This document shows positions 48,629-58,960 of a DNA stretch of 64,000 nt, piece after piece. Within the stretch, counting starts at the first letter, position 1; each line of letters begins with the position of its first letter. This stretch comes from Verrucomicrobiota bacterium. Its GTDB lineage: Bacteria; Verrucomicrobiota; Verrucomicrobiia; Limisphaerales; Palsa-1400. The notes below the pieces were generated by a model. That model did no database searches. It was not told the origin of the DNA and was given only the letters and a program-made list of their open reading frames with translations. The translations under genes were made by a program, and so were the position numbers. Location: the NCBI GenBank assembly GCA_049510745.1, contig JBEKYR010000004.1, forward strand, positions 166,429 to 230,428. The letters are read 5' to 3'.

Positions 48629-49855
48629 TTAAAGTTCGTCCACGGAGATGACGCGGAGGATTTCCTCCAGGGGCGTCTGGCCGGTCAGGGCGCGGCGCAG
48701 GCCGCGCGACCACATCGTCTCCATGCCTTGATCGACGGCCACCTGTTGCAACTCGCGCGTGGGCAGCTTGAGCAACACCGCGTCGCGAAAAGGCTGCGTG
48801 ACCCTGAGCAACTCGCCGACGGAATAGCGGCCGGAATAACCGGTTTGCAGGCATTGCTCACAGCCGCCGCCGCGGCGGAACTCGGCGGTTTCGCGGTCCT
48901 GGACAGGCACCAATTTCAAGTAGCCCGGCTCCGGTTCGTAGGGTTGCGAGCAAAAGGCGCAGTTTTTGCGGATGAGCCGCAAGCCCAGCACGCCCGTGAC
49001 GCTGGAGGCGAGCAAAAAGGGCTCGATGTCCATGTTCATCAGGCGGGCGAAGACGCCCGCCGTGCTGCCGCTGTGAATGGTGCTGAGGACCAGATGGCCG
49101 GTCAACCCGGCCTGGACGGCAATGGCGGCGGTTTCCGGGTCGCGGATTTCCCCGACCAACATGACCTGGGGGTCCTGGCGCATCAACGAGCGGAGGGCCT
49201 TGGGATAGGTGAACTCCTGGGCCAGGTTGATCTGGGTCTGCGCCACCATGGGCAGGCTGAATTCCACCGGGTCTTCCACCGTGGCAAAGCTCACCGTCGG
49301 CCCGGCCCGCTGCACCAGCGTGTAGAGGGCCGAGTACAGGGTGGTCGTTTTCCCCGAGCCGGTCGGACCGGTCAACAAGATTAAACCGCTCGGCTTGGTA
49401 ATCAACTTGAGGAATTGCTGCAAGATATCGTCGTCGAACCCCAGCGCCCCCAGATCAAAACTGCGGTTGCTGGGATCGAAGATGCGCACGACGATCTTCT
49501 CGCCGCGGACGGTGGGAAAAATGGAGATGCGCTGTTCGCACCCGCCCAATTCCGGGTCGGCCGGGGCGTGGCCTTCCTGGGGCAGGCCGGTCTGGTAAGT
49601 GACCAGGTTGGCCAGGACCTTGAAGCGGCCGGAGATCTTTTCCATCAGGTCCAGCGGCAGGTGGACCAGTTCGGTCAGGACGCCGTTAAGGCGGATGCGC
49701 ACGACCAGGGTGCTCTCCCACGGCTCGATATGGATGTCGCTGGCCTTGGCCTTGATGGCGTCGATCAACAGATATTTAACCAGCGCGCCGATCTCGATAC
49801 CGGCGGCGGCGGACTCCGATTGAAGATAGCGAAGTGTCTCACTCACGGCGGGCAT
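48629..49855 (-). CDS. GspE/PilB-family secretion ATPase (short form)
   Basis: ASDIHIEP, GPTGSGKTTTLY, TVEDPVE, MRQDP..VGEIRD, TGHLVLSTIH, tetracysteine motif. Confidence 0.92.
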   Translation of the reverse strand: MPAVSETLRYLQSESAAAGIEIGALVKYLLIDAIKAKASDIHIEPWESTLVVRIRLNGVLTELVHLPLDLMEKISGRFKVLANLVTYQTGLPQEGHAPADPELGGCEQRISIFPTVRGEKIVVRIFDPSNRSFDLGALGFDDDILQQFLKLITKPSGLILLTGPTGSGKTTTLYSALYTLVQRAGPTVSFATVEDPVEFSLPMVAQTQINLAQEFTYPKALRSLMRQDPQVMLVGEIRDPETAAIAVQAGLTGHLVLSTIHSGSTAGVFARLMNMDIEPFLLASSVTGVLGLRLIRKNCAFCSQPYEPEPGYLKLVPVQDRETAEFRRGGGCEQCLQTGYSGRYSVGELLRVTQPFRDAVLLKLPTRELQQVAVDQGMETMWSRGLRRALTGQTPLEEILRVISVDEL

Positions 49856-49910
49856 TGGATTACGCCTTTTGCGTCGGCATGTCAGCAACAATTAAGAGGC
49901 GGTGTGATAT

Positions 49911-50040
49911 TGATTTTGGTCGAATTTGGTCGAATTGAGTCGAAATTGGCCTCGAAGCAAGGGAAGAGGGCGGAAGACTGCCCCCCACCCCTACTGTTTT
50001 GGTTTGATTGGGTTTGATTGGGTTTGATTGGGTTTGATTG
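49911..50040. repeat. Two arrays of 10-bp tandem repeats
   Basis: CGAATTTGGT-like x4 (49911-49950); perfect GGTTTGATTG x4 (50001-50040). Confidence 0.9.
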
Positions 50041-50897
50041 GCGGGCCAAACGGACGGGACAAGGCTGAGGGGTGAGGGCTGAAACTTGGAAGGGCGCAAA
50101 AGGACCAATAAATGAGGCGCCGGCGGAGCGCCGGGGGCGAAAGCCTGTCTTTCTCGATGTGATGAGCATTTCATCGATGGATGTTATACCACAGGATTAT
50201 GGATGTTGGCAAGAACTTTTTCAGGAGAAGAGGATTTAGCCGCAGAGAACGCAAAGATCACAAAGAGAAGAACTTATGGAGGTTCTGGCCACAGAATTTC
50301 ACAGAATTGCGCAGAAAAGGAATCTCCTCCTCTTTCGCCGGGCCTACGGCGGATAGGTACTCCTCCGCTGGGGCGTCCGCCGTTGAAACTTCCGCCCTCG
50401 TTGACACTATGCCGGACAGGATGGCGGACAAGTCGGCGGACTGGGCGCCGCCATCCAAGCCGCAGGCGTCGTCGCTTGCTTTTGGTGGCCCTTCGGCATC
50501 CTCGGAGGGTTGCTTTTGATCATCATAGGAGGTCGCATGGCCCGAATCCACCGGTGCGGCCATTGTAAGAATCGTTTATCCGATACCCAAGTCACTGTTT
50601 GCCCTACGTGCCATGTCAGGCTTAGTGCTTTGCGCAAATGAAATGGCTCATGGGAAAGAACGCTGGCGTTTTCCTGAGTTGCGCCTGTGGCTGGCAATCG
50701 CCCGTAATGAAGCGCGGCGGGATGACCCCGGCTCCGGCACGGATCTCCTTCAGCGGCGGAGCGTTAGGCGTGGCACAGGGAGGGCCAAAGACGGCTGGGG
50801 CGGCTTGGTTGAAGCATGGACGTGTGGACTTGGTGGACGGACACGGACAAACACGGATGGACAGGGACGGGGTGGAGATTTTGCCCCTTTATCCGTG

Positions 50898-50941
50898 TTG
50901 ACCACGACAAATTCCATGTTAAACTAGTTTCTAACTAGTTT
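50898..50941 (+). promoter_or_regulatory. TA promoter with tandem palindromic operator
   Basis: TTGACC-16 nt-TAAACT with extended TG; two AACTAGTT palindromes over the -10/start region. Confidence 0.65.
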
Positions 50942-50945
50942 ATCT

Positions 50946-51227
50946 ATGCCCACGATTTCCAATCGTTTTCGTCGCTCCCGCGCGGTGGTCGGGACATTTC
51001 AGGCAAAGACGCATTTTTCCCAACTCCTTGAGCGTGTCGCCAAGGGCGAGGAAATCACCATCACCAAGCGCGACCGGCCGGTCGCGCGTCTGGTTCCCGC
51101 CGAACGCCCGTCGCGGGAGAACGTCGCCAGCATCTTCCGTCAGATGGATGCCTTGCGGCAAAGCCTTCCCGCGTCAAAGGACAAAACGACTCTCAAAGAC
51201 CTGATAAAGCACGGGAGGCGGTTTTAA
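50946..51227 (+). CDS. Phd/YefM-family antitoxin
   Basis: VGTFQAKTHFSQLLERVAKGEEITITKR..PVARLVP. Confidence 0.92.
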   Translation: MPTISNRFRRSRAVVGTFQAKTHFSQLLERVAKGEEITITKRDRPVARLVPAERPSRENVASIFRQMDALRQSLPASKDKTTLKDLIKHGRRF

Positions 51228-51637
51228 TGGCCTACGTGATTGGTCCATCCGTGGCGCTCGCTTGGCTGCTGCCAGATGAAACCAACCCCCGCGCCGCCGC
51301 CGTCCGCGCGGGGATTGAAAATGGCGCTGATGCGTGGATTCCCAGTCACTGGTGGCTGGAAATTGGCAATGGACTGCTGATGGCCGAGCGGCGCGGAAGA
51401 ATCACGGCGGAGCAGGTGGCTGAGGCCCTGTCTTTGGCGAATGCCCTGCCGTTGGAGGAGGACGAGGAAACCGCCGAACAGGTTCCCGTGCGGACATTCA
51501 CTCTGGCCCGCAAATATGGCCTGACGATTTACGATGCGGCCTATTTGGAACTGGCACAGCGGCGCAGAGCAATACTGGCCACGTTTGACGAGCAACTATT
51601 GGAGGCGGCAACGAAGGAAAGGGTTTCCACGGAATAA
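51227..51637 (+). CDS. vapC: VapC PIN-domain toxin; first catalytic Asp replaced by Gly
   Basis: YVIGPSVALAW, WWLEIGN, LTIYDAAYLELA, LATFD; TAATG overlap with the antitoxin gene. Confidence 0.88.
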   Translation: MAYVIGPSVALAWLLPDETNPRAAAVRAGIENGADAWIPSHWWLEIGNGLLMAERRGRITAEQVAEALSLANALPLEEDEETAEQVPVRTFTLARKYGLTIYDAAYLELAQRRRAILATFDEQLLEAATKERVSTE

Positions 51638-51923
51638 GCCCTCTCGATGCCGCAGGTGTCCTTTCCCGGGCTTCGCGCCGGAGCAGAACCTGAGCCGCTC
51701 GGCCGGATGGGCACCCAAAGAAACACAAAGTCGGCCGGGATTTTGCCCCCGGGTTTGGAATCAGGGCAAAAGAAAATAAAAGCGGAAAGTTGAAAGCTGA
51801 AAGCAGAAAAATTTTTCCCCCGGCATTCTTCCCAAGGGGCCGTTGGCGGGACGCTGGCGGGGGAGAGGTCAGTGGACGCGGGCACCGCGTCCCTGCTATC
51901 CCAATTCGTGGGCGTGGATACGG

Positions 51924-54347
51924 CTAAACGACCGCGGCCGGCCCCAGCAGTTCCTGGATTTCCTCCCAGGTCAGCGCCTCCGTCAACTGTTCCTCGTCGC
52001 CCAGCAGCGATTGTGTCATCGAACGTTTGCGGTTTTGCAGAGCGAGTATCTTTTCTTCGACCGTTCCGCGCGTGATGAGTTTGTAGCTGGTCACCACCCT
52101 GCCCTGCCCGAGGCGATGCGCCCGGTCGGTCGCTTGCGCTTCGACCGCCGGGTTCCACCACGGATCGAAATGAATCACCGTGTCGGCGCCCGTCAGATTC
52201 AATCCCACCCCGCCGGCCTTGAGGCTGATGAGAAAGACCGGAACGGCCGCGTCGCCTTGGAATCTTCCCACCACCTCCGCGCGGTCCTTCGTGGCGCCGT
52301 CGAGGTAACAGAACCCGATGCCGCCCGCCTCCAGTTGCCCGCGCAACAACGAAAGCATGGTGGTGAACTGGCTGAACACCAGGACGCGATGGCCGCCGTC
52401 GAGGACTTCCTCGAGCAATTCGGCGAACAACTCGACTTTGCCGGACGGGCCGGCGGGGGCGCTGGTGTTGAGCAGGCGCGAGTCGCAGCAAATCTGGCGC
52501 AAGCGCAGCAGGGTCGTCAGCACCAGCATGCGGCTCCGGGCCAAACCGTTGGTCTTGACAGAGTCGAGGATTTCGCGGCGGCCGGCGTCCAGCACCTGTT
52601 GGTAAAGGGCGCGCTGGTCGTCGCCCAGTTCGCAATAGCTGACCTGCTCGATTTTCTCCGGCAGATCGGCGGCCACCTCCCGCTTGCGGCGCCGCAGAAT
52701 GAACGGCCGCAAACGCCGCGCCAGCCGCGCCTGGGCCGTCGCGCTTCGGTCGCGCGCGATGGGCAGTTCGTAACGCTCGCGGAAATCGGCCGCCGCGCCG
52801 AGGTATCCCGGCATGAGAAAATCGAAGAGCGACCACAAATCGAGCACGGAGTTTTCCAGGGGCGTCCCTGTCAACGCTATCTTGTGCGCCGCCCGCAGCA
52901 CTTTGACCGCCTGGGCGTTTTGCGTCTGGCGGTTTTTGATGTGTTGCGCTTCGTCCAGCGCCACGGTGTCAAATTCCAGCCCGCGATACTGGGCGGCGTC
53001 GCGCCGCAGCAAGGCGTAGCTGGTGATGAGCAGGTCCTGGCGCGCCAGGTCGGAAAACAGGGCGTGCCGTTCCGCGCCGTGCAGCGCCAGCACGCGCAAA
53101 GACGGGGTGAATTTTTTCGCCTCCGCCTCCCAATTGAACACCAGCGAGGTCGGGCAGACCACCAGCGACGGACGGACCGGCGCAGCGCCGCGCTGTTCCT
53201 TGAGCGCGCGCAAATGCGCCAGCACCTGCACGGTTTTGCCCAGCCCCATTTCATCGGCCAGGATTCCGCCGAAGCCGTTGGCGCGCAAAAAATGCAGCCA
53301 CCCGACGCCCTCCTTTTGATAGGGGCGCAAGACCGGGTCGAGATCGCCCAAAGGCGGCGGTTGGATTTTGATTTCGCCGCGTTGCCGGGCGGCGCGCTCG
53401 TTCCACGCGGGCGGGGCCTGCGCTTGCCAGCCGCCCGCCTCGCGCAACGTCGCCTCGAGGAACCCGGCCTGCGTGTTGTCCAGGCGAAAGACGCCGTCGT
53501 GCTGCCAGGGGGCGCAATCGACCAGCACTTCCTGCAATTCCTCGACCGCGCCGGTGTCAAGCAGAGCAACCTTGCCGTTCTTCAAGCGCGTGTGGCTTTG
53601 GCCGGAGAGGAGAAGGCGCTGAATCTCGGCCGGGGCCAGCCGTTCGCCGCCGCGCGCCTCGTAAGTCACGGTCAAGTCGAACCATTGTTCGCCCGAAGGC
53701 GTGATTTGAAAACGCGGCTCGACGCGCTCCAGTTTTTCGGCGCTGCGCTCCAGCCGCTCTTCCAGCGTCACTTCCCACTCCTTCTCGAGGCGCGGATAGT
53801 CGCGCGCGAAAAAATTCAGCACCAGGTTCTGGCCGTTCATGCGAAACAATCCCGCCGCGTCCGGCCCGATGAACCCGGCGCGGAGCAGCCGTCCCGCCGC
53901 CGCCTGGCCGGCGGAGTTGCCGCCGGAGATGCGCTCCAGCCTGGCGTGCAGCACGGCCAAACCGCCCGCCAGATGCAGTTTGAATTTCGCCGACCCCGGT
54001 TCGAGGTCGAAACTTTCCACCGGCTCGGGCGTGGGCGCCGGCGCGATTTGCGCCGGGCGCGACTGGGCTTGGAGAAAATGCAGGCCGACGGCGACGGAAT
54101 GGGCGCAAATCAGGCCGCGTTGGCGGGCGTCGCGGCAGGTGCAGAGGTTGTCGGCGTCCGAAGCGCTTCGGATCACCAGGCCGGCCCGGTAAGTGGTCGG
54201 CCCTTCCTGAACGGTGCCGCGCAAGGAGGGCGCCTGCCAGTCGGACGCCAGCACGCGATCCGCGGCGAGGAGGGCGCGGGCCTGCTTCATGGCGACCCAT
54301 CCGGCCAGTTTGGACAGCAATGGCTCGGACAACTGGACTTCGCTCAT
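51924..54347 (-). CDS. SNF2-family helicase with SWIM zinc finger
   Basis: CTC...CAH; LRPYQ, LADEMGLGKT, DEAQ.IKN, LTGTPLEN, FSQF, DPWWNPA..QATDRAHRLGQ. Confidence 0.93.
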   Translation of the reverse strand: MSEVQLSEPLLSKLAGWVAMKQARALLAADRVLASDWQAPSLRGTVQEGPTTYRAGLVIRSASDADNLCTCRDARQRGLICAHSVAVGLHFLQAQSRPAQIAPAPTPEPVESFDLEPGSAKFKLHLAGGLAVLHARLERISGGNSAGQAAAGRLLRAGFIGPDAAGLFRMNGQNLVLNFFARDYPRLEKEWEVTLEERLERSAEKLERVEPRFQITPSGEQWFDLTVTYEARGGERLAPAEIQRLLLSGQSHTRLKNGKVALLDTGAVEELQEVLVDCAPWQHDGVFRLDNTQAGFLEATLREAGGWQAQAPPAWNERAARQRGEIKIQPPPLGDLDPVLRPYQKEGVGWLHFLRANGFGGILADEMGLGKTVQVLAHLRALKEQRGAAPVRPSLVVCPTSLVFNWEAEAKKFTPSLRVLALHGAERHALFSDLARQDLLITSYALLRRDAAQYRGLEFDTVALDEAQHIKNRQTQNAQAVKVLRAAHKIALTGTPLENSVLDLWSLFDFLMPGYLGAAADFRERYELPIARDRSATAQARLARRLRPFILRRRKREVAADLPEKIEQVSYCELGDDQRALYQQVLDAGRREILDSVKTNGLARSRMLVLTTLLRLRQICCDSRLLNTSAPAGPSGKVELFAELLEEVLDGGHRVLVFSQFTTMLSLLRGQLEAGGIGFCYLDGATKDRAEVVGRFQGDAAVPVFLISLKAGGVGLNLTGADTVIHFDPWWNPAVEAQATDRAHRLGQGRVVTSYKLITRGTVEEKILALQNRKRSMTQSLLGDEEQLTEALTWEEIQELLGPAAVV

Positions 54348-54356
54348 AACGCGGAG

Positions 54357-55031
54357 TTATTGGGCGGTGAGCGTCTTCAACACCGTTTCCAGGTCGAGGC
54401 CGGAATGGCCCGACGAGGAAACGCCGCGCAAAGCCAGGAGCAGCCCCAAGCCGTTGAGGTCGGCTTCCGATTTGACGTTGTGAAAGATCTGGTTCTTGAC
54501 GCCAAAGTCGATTTCCTCGCTGCGACCGGAGGCGAGGTTGGCCAGATGGAATTTGCCCAGGCTCAGATTGAGCGTGTCAATGCCGGTGAATTTCAATCCG
54601 GGCGGCAACGGGCCGCGCCCGGCCGATTCCTGATCCTTTCCCTTCAAGGCGGCGAAGTTCACCCGGCCCTGCTTGTTCCGCACCACCGTCAGATCGGCCA
54701 GGTCCAGGCGCACCAGGGGCAGATGGAGCTTTCCCAGGCGCAGGGCCGCCGGATCGTATTCGAGGCGCAACTCCGGCATGTCCAGGCAGAGAGCTCCGCC
54801 GAAATCCGCCGTGTTGTAGAGTTTCAATCCTTCAATCGTGACGGTGGGCGAGAGCAAGCCGACGTGGACCGCCCTGACTTTGGCGTCCATCCCGCTGGCC
54901 GCGTGCAACCGGCTGGTGAAAACCTCCCTCATCATCGTGTCCAGGAGCAGAATGGCCGCCACCACCAAAACCACCGCCGCAATGAAGAAATAAAGCAGGA
55001 TGCGGAGAAACAGTCGGGCAAGACGAAACAT
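54357..55031 (-). CDS. AsmA-like membrane-anchored protein
   Basis: Single N-terminal TM followed by a beta-rich region (VTIEGLKLYN...VVRNKQGRVNF). Confidence 0.6.
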   Translation of the reverse strand: MFRLARLFLRILLYFFIAAVVLVVAAILLLDTMMREVFTSRLHAASGMDAKVRAVHVGLLSPTVTIEGLKLYNTADFGGALCLDMPELRLEYDPAALRLGKLHLPLVRLDLADLTVVRNKQGRVNFAALKGKDQESAGRGPLPPGLKFTGIDTLNLSLGKFHLANLASGRSEEIDFGVKNQIFHNVKSEADLNGLGLLLALRGVSSSGHSGLDLETVLKTLTAQ

Positions 55032-55040
55032 AGGCCGCGC

Positions 55041-55640
55041 TCAAAGCACAATGTCCTCGGGCCGCACTTCGAGGCATTCGTCCTGGTCCTCCCAGATCAC
55101 GGCGGGGTAAAGTTCCAGGAAGCGGGGCGCCAGTTTGCTCCCCGCCACGGCCAGCAACTTTTCCGCCTTCTCCGCCGCGTCGTCGCAGGCCTGCTCGTAA
55201 TCGGTGGCGCTCTTGCGCAGGCGGTCTTCCCAATGCGCCACCGCATGCACCGGCGCATATTCATCGGCCCAGCTTTTGACCGCCGCCTGCAAGTCCGCCG
55301 GCAACTCCTCAAAGGGCGTCAGCGTCTCCGAACAATGCTGGCAGACCAGGCCGCTTTGCACGATGTCGCGGCTCAAGAGCGGCAGCACGGGCGCCCGACA
55401 GCAGGGCGCGGTGGAAAAGTTCGCCGGCACGGCCGCCAGGCGCATGAGCCAAATCTGGCGGCGATGCCCCACTTCCGCCGCCAGCCGGTAGGCGCCGATG
55501 AGCGGATGGGAGAACCGCCACACCCGCCCGCCCAATTGCCCGAGCGTTTGCGCCAGCCAGCGGGCCAGCGTCGTGTCATCGAAGCCTTCGAAGACCGAAC
55601 TGTATTCGGCCCACAGACGATCCGGTGAAGCATCAGCCAT
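55041..55640 (-). CDS. Hypothetical protein with putative Zn-binding cysteines
   Basis: PCCRAP...VCQHC; spaced as an operon with downstream genes. Confidence 0.7.
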   Translation of the reverse strand: MADASPDRLWAEYSSVFEGFDDTTLARWLAQTLGQLGGRVWRFSHPLIGAYRLAAEVGHRRQIWLMRLAAVPANFSTAPCCRAPVLPLLSRDIVQSGLVCQHCSETLTPFEELPADLQAAVKSWADEYAPVHAVAHWEDRLRKSATDYEQACDDAAEKAEKLLAVAGSKLAPRFLELYPAVIWEDQDECLEVRPEDIVL

Positions 55641-55704
55641 GCGATAAGAGTAAAGGCAAAGTTTAAGGTTTAAAGTTTAAAGTGGCATCGTCTATAACCT
55701 CGGT

Positions 55705-57735
55705 GTGCCGATGCCGCCAAATCCACTCGCGCTGCCGCTGACCGAAATCTCCGGCGTGGGCGCGGAGCGGGCCGCGCAGTTGCAACGCCTGGAACTGCGC
55801 ACCGTCGGCGAGCTGCTCCTGCACCGCCCGCGCCGCTACGAGGACCGCCGCCATTTCCAGCGCATCGCCGATCTGCAACTGGGCGCGCCCGCCCTGGCTT
55901 GCGGCGCCGTCACCGCCGCCGGGACGCGGCGCTTGCGCGGCGGCCGCTCGCTTTTTGAATTGATCCTGGACGACGGCAGCGGCCGGCTGCATTGCCGGTG
56001 GTGGAACCTGCCTTTCATGCGCAATTACTTCAAAACCGGCGACGAGGTGGTCGTTTTCGGCAAGCCCGGCTCGTTGCGCCCCCGCACCATGGACCATCCG
56101 GAAACCGAAGTCATCCAGGCGCTGGAAACCTCCGTCCATCTCAACCGCGTCGCCCCCATCTATCCCCTGACCGAAGGGCTGCCGCAACGCTGGCTGCGCT
56201 CCCTCGTCTGGCGGCTGCTCGAACAATTCGAGTCCGCCATCGCCGAGCCGCGCCCGGAATGGCAACTGGCCGGCCGGAGCCTCACGGTTGAAGGCATGAG
56301 CGTTCCCCTGCCCTCGCGCGCCCAGGCCGTGCGCCTGCTCCATTTCCCGGAAGAGCCGGACGACGCGGACATCGCCCGCCAGCGCCTGGCATTGGACGAA
56401 TTCCTCGAAATGCAACTCGCCATCCAGACCCGCCGCCGCAATCTCGAAAAGAACGCCCGCGCCCTGCCCTGCGCCGGGGACAACCGCCTGCTCAAGCCGT
56501 TCCTGGCCGCGCTTGAATTCGACTTGACCCAGTCCCAAATCCAGGTGCTGGGCGAAATCCGCCGCGACATGGCCGGGCCGCGCCCGATGCGCCGCCTGCT
56601 GCAGGGCGACGTTGGCTCCGGCAAAACGGTCGTCGCCGCCTGCGCCGCCTTGATGGCGCTGGAAAGCGGGAGCAACGCCGTGCTGATGGCGCCGACGGAA
56701 ATCCTGGCCGATCAGCATTGGCGGAACTTCCGGCGCTGGTTCGAGCCGCTGGGCATCGCCGTCGAGCTATGCACCGGCACGACGAAAACCGGTTTGCCCG
56801 CCGGCCAGGAGCCGCTGGCCTTTGGAGCGGCGGGCGGCCGGCCCGCGCAATTTCACATCGGCACCCACGCCCTGCTGGAGGCGGGTTTCGCGCCGGACAA
56901 ACTCGGCTTGGTTATTATTGACGAACAACACAAATTCGGAGTCGTCCAGCGCGAGCGCCTGGTGCGCAAAGGCGCCTACCCCCATCTTTTGGTCATGACC
57001 GCCACCCCCATTCCGCGCACGCTCGGCCTGACCTTGTATGGCGACCTGGACGTCTCGGTCATCGCGGGCGGCCCGCCGGGGCGCGGGCGGATCAAAACCT
57101 TTGTGCGCGAGCGGGAGAGCCTGCCGAAGGTCTGGGAATTCACACGCGGCCAACTGGAAAAAGGCCGGCAGGCCTACGTCGTTTATTCGCGGCTGGACGC
57201 GGAGGACACGCCCGCCGGGTTGAAGGCTGTCAACAAGGAATTTCACCGCCTCGCGGCAATTTTCGCCCCGTGGCGCGCCGGCCTCCTGCACGGGCGGCTG
57301 GCCGGCGCGGAGAAGGAGGAGGTCATGGCCGACTTTCGCGCCAACCGTCTCCAGGTCCTGCTCGCCACGTCGGTCGTCGAGGTCGGCCTGGACGTGCCCA
57401 ACGCCACCGTCATGGTGATTGAGAACGCGGAGCAATTCGGACTGGCGCAACTCCACCAATTGCGGGGCCGGATCGGGCGCGGCGCGGCCGATTCCTATTG
57501 CATCCTCATCTCCGCCGGGAAAACGGAGGAAGCCGCGCGGCGGCTGAAAATCCTGGAAGAAACCGCCGACGGTTTCCGCATTGCCGAGGCGGATTTGGAA
57601 CTGCGCGGTCCGGGGGAATTTCTCGGCCGCGAGCAAAGCGGCGCCCCGCCCCTGCGCTTTGGCGATCTGGCCCGCGACGGCGCGCTGATCGAGCAGGCGC
57701 GCGACATCGTCCGGGACGCGATGAAATCGCGCTGA
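55705..57735 (+). CDS. recG: ATP-dependent DNA helicase RecG
   Basis: RLLQGDVGSGKT, MAPTEILA.QH, IIDEQHKFG, MTATPIPRTL, QLHQLRGRIGRG, DLELRGPGE. Confidence 0.97.
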   Translation: MPMPPNPLALPLTEISGVGAERAAQLQRLELRTVGELLLHRPRRYEDRRHFQRIADLQLGAPALACGAVTAAGTRRLRGGRSLFELILDDGSGRLHCRWWNLPFMRNYFKTGDEVVVFGKPGSLRPRTMDHPETEVIQALETSVHLNRVAPIYPLTEGLPQRWLRSLVWRLLEQFESAIAEPRPEWQLAGRSLTVEGMSVPLPSRAQAVRLLHFPEEPDDADIARQRLALDEFLEMQLAIQTRRRNLEKNARALPCAGDNRLLKPFLAALEFDLTQSQIQVLGEIRRDMAGPRPMRRLLQGDVGSGKTVVAACAALMALESGSNAVLMAPTEILADQHWRNFRRWFEPLGIAVELCTGTTKTGLPAGQEPLAFGAAGGRPAQFHIGTHALLEAGFAPDKLGLVIIDEQHKFGVVQRERLVRKGAYPHLLVMTATPIPRTLGLTLYGDLDVSVIAGGPPGRGRIKTFVRERESLPKVWEFTRGQLEKGRQAYVVYSRLDAEDTPAGLKAVNKEFHRLAAIFAPWRAGLLHGRLAGAEKEEVMADFRANRLQVLLATSVVEVGLDVPNATVMVIENAEQFGLAQLHQLRGRIGRGAADSYCILISAGKTEEAARRLKILEETADGFRIAEADLELRGPGEFLGREQSGAPPLRFGDLARDGALIEQARDIVRDAMKSR

Positions 57736-57927
57736 TCAAAATAGCGACGAGAGAGAATCACGAAACACTGAAATACACGAACCCGGCTTCCTTTTTCATT
57801 CGTGTGGTTCATGGTTTAAATTTTGGGATTGCCGTGCGACTCCAGTGCTCCCTCCGCACCCATGTGCAAGGCCACAAACTGCGCCAACCGCCAAAGCGAC
57901 AACCACCATCAACGATTGGCAGTCAAA

Positions 57928-58953
57928 TCACAAATCACCCTTGACTTTGTCGGTAATGTCCTTTGGCTTCTGCTCTTTTGTCGCGGGCTGTGCCGCCGAT
58001 GGCGTTTCATTCTGTTCTGAAGCTTGTTGCGGCCTAACAATGTTACCAACGGCAATTCCGGTGTCTTCGCTGGCTTCACCATAGCTTAACTTGGGTGTGA
58101 CGCGGGTGATTCTTATTTTGCCGACTTCAGCTTCGTTTCGGCCCAGCTTTTCGCCAGTGTCAGGATCAGTAATCTCTTCACCAAGGCCAAATACAGTCCA
58201 CGTCTGCCCAATCGTTACTCCAGCACCTTCGCCTCGATTAATTGTTACTTGTGTTCCCAATTTCGCAGCTACTTTTGCTGGATAGATTATGTCCACAATC
58301 CGTGTTAAAATATCCGCCGCGAGCCGGTCAGTGATTTTGGTCAGCGAAGCCCCATCAGCAGTGGCGCTGCCCTCACGGCTGACATTCGAATCTTGTCCGC
58401 GAAAACGCTCGGATTCGATCAATTTGCCTGTGGTCGTATCATAAATTTGAATGCTGCAGCTGATACGCACCGCTTCCCGATTGGCGGATGCTCCAATGCC
58501 CTCAAATTTCACGGCCTCATTACCCATGACAAAATCCGTCACGGTAGTCAGAACGAGATACTGAGCGCCAGCTAGTTTGAACGCTTGCGCCGCAGTCGCC
58601 GGATCAACATTTCCCGATGCTCCAAAATCTTGCTCGTTGAGAATTGATTTCAAAGCAGCCTTGCGAGCAACAATTTCAAATTTCCGGCTGGCGTTGGCCT
58701 GGTCAATAAGAGTGGTATCAAGCGTTTCTAAAGTTTGTTGCAAGGTGTCGCCTTGACCAGCTTTGGAGGCTTTTTGCGACGCCGTTTTGATGGCGGTGAT
58801 TGGCCCGATACATAGTCGCTTCTTTTCTGGAACAGGAGTGTTCTGGGCAGATGCAGGATGAATCATGGAACCGATACAAACCGACAACATTAGAGAAGCG
58901 GCAGTATGACACAGGCAACGGGAAAAAAACGAGACGCGGATAGTTTGTTTCAT
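57928..58953 (-). CDS. Exported CsgG/HfaB-like protein with FlgT-C-like beta-barrel
   Basis: Signal peptide; RKFEIVAR..LKSILNEQDF..SG.VD...KLAGAQYLV...IYDTTTG; C-terminal VTINRG...EITDPDTGEKLG. Confidence 0.8.
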   Translation of the reverse strand: MKQTIRVSFFSRCLCHTAASLMLSVCIGSMIHPASAQNTPVPEKKRLCIGPITAIKTASQKASKAGQGDTLQQTLETLDTTLIDQANASRKFEIVARKAALKSILNEQDFGASGNVDPATAAQAFKLAGAQYLVLTTVTDFVMGNEAVKFEGIGASANREAVRISCSIQIYDTTTGKLIESERFRGQDSNVSREGSATADGASLTKITDRLAADILTRIVDIIYPAKVAAKLGTQVTINRGEGAGVTIGQTWTVFGLGEEITDPDTGEKLGRNEAEVGKIRITRVTPKLSYGEASEDTGIAVGNIVRPQQASEQNETPSAAQPATKEQKPKDITDKVKGDL

Positions 58954-58960
58954 AGGATTC

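Noticed and set aside
49911..50040. CRISPR array
   Set aside because: 10-bp units without spacers; no cas genes in the window
50181..50930. Short ORFs in the 50.1-50.9 kb and 43.9-44.9 kb spacers
   Set aside because: Low-complexity, repeat-derived translations with no motif or RBS support
51843..55628. Long antisense ORFs (1261 aa here; also 14906-17188, 45334-48105, 49-1854) and the same-strand alternate-frame ORF 25378-27939
   Set aside because: Shadow ORFs of well-supported GC-rich genes, with no recognisable motifs
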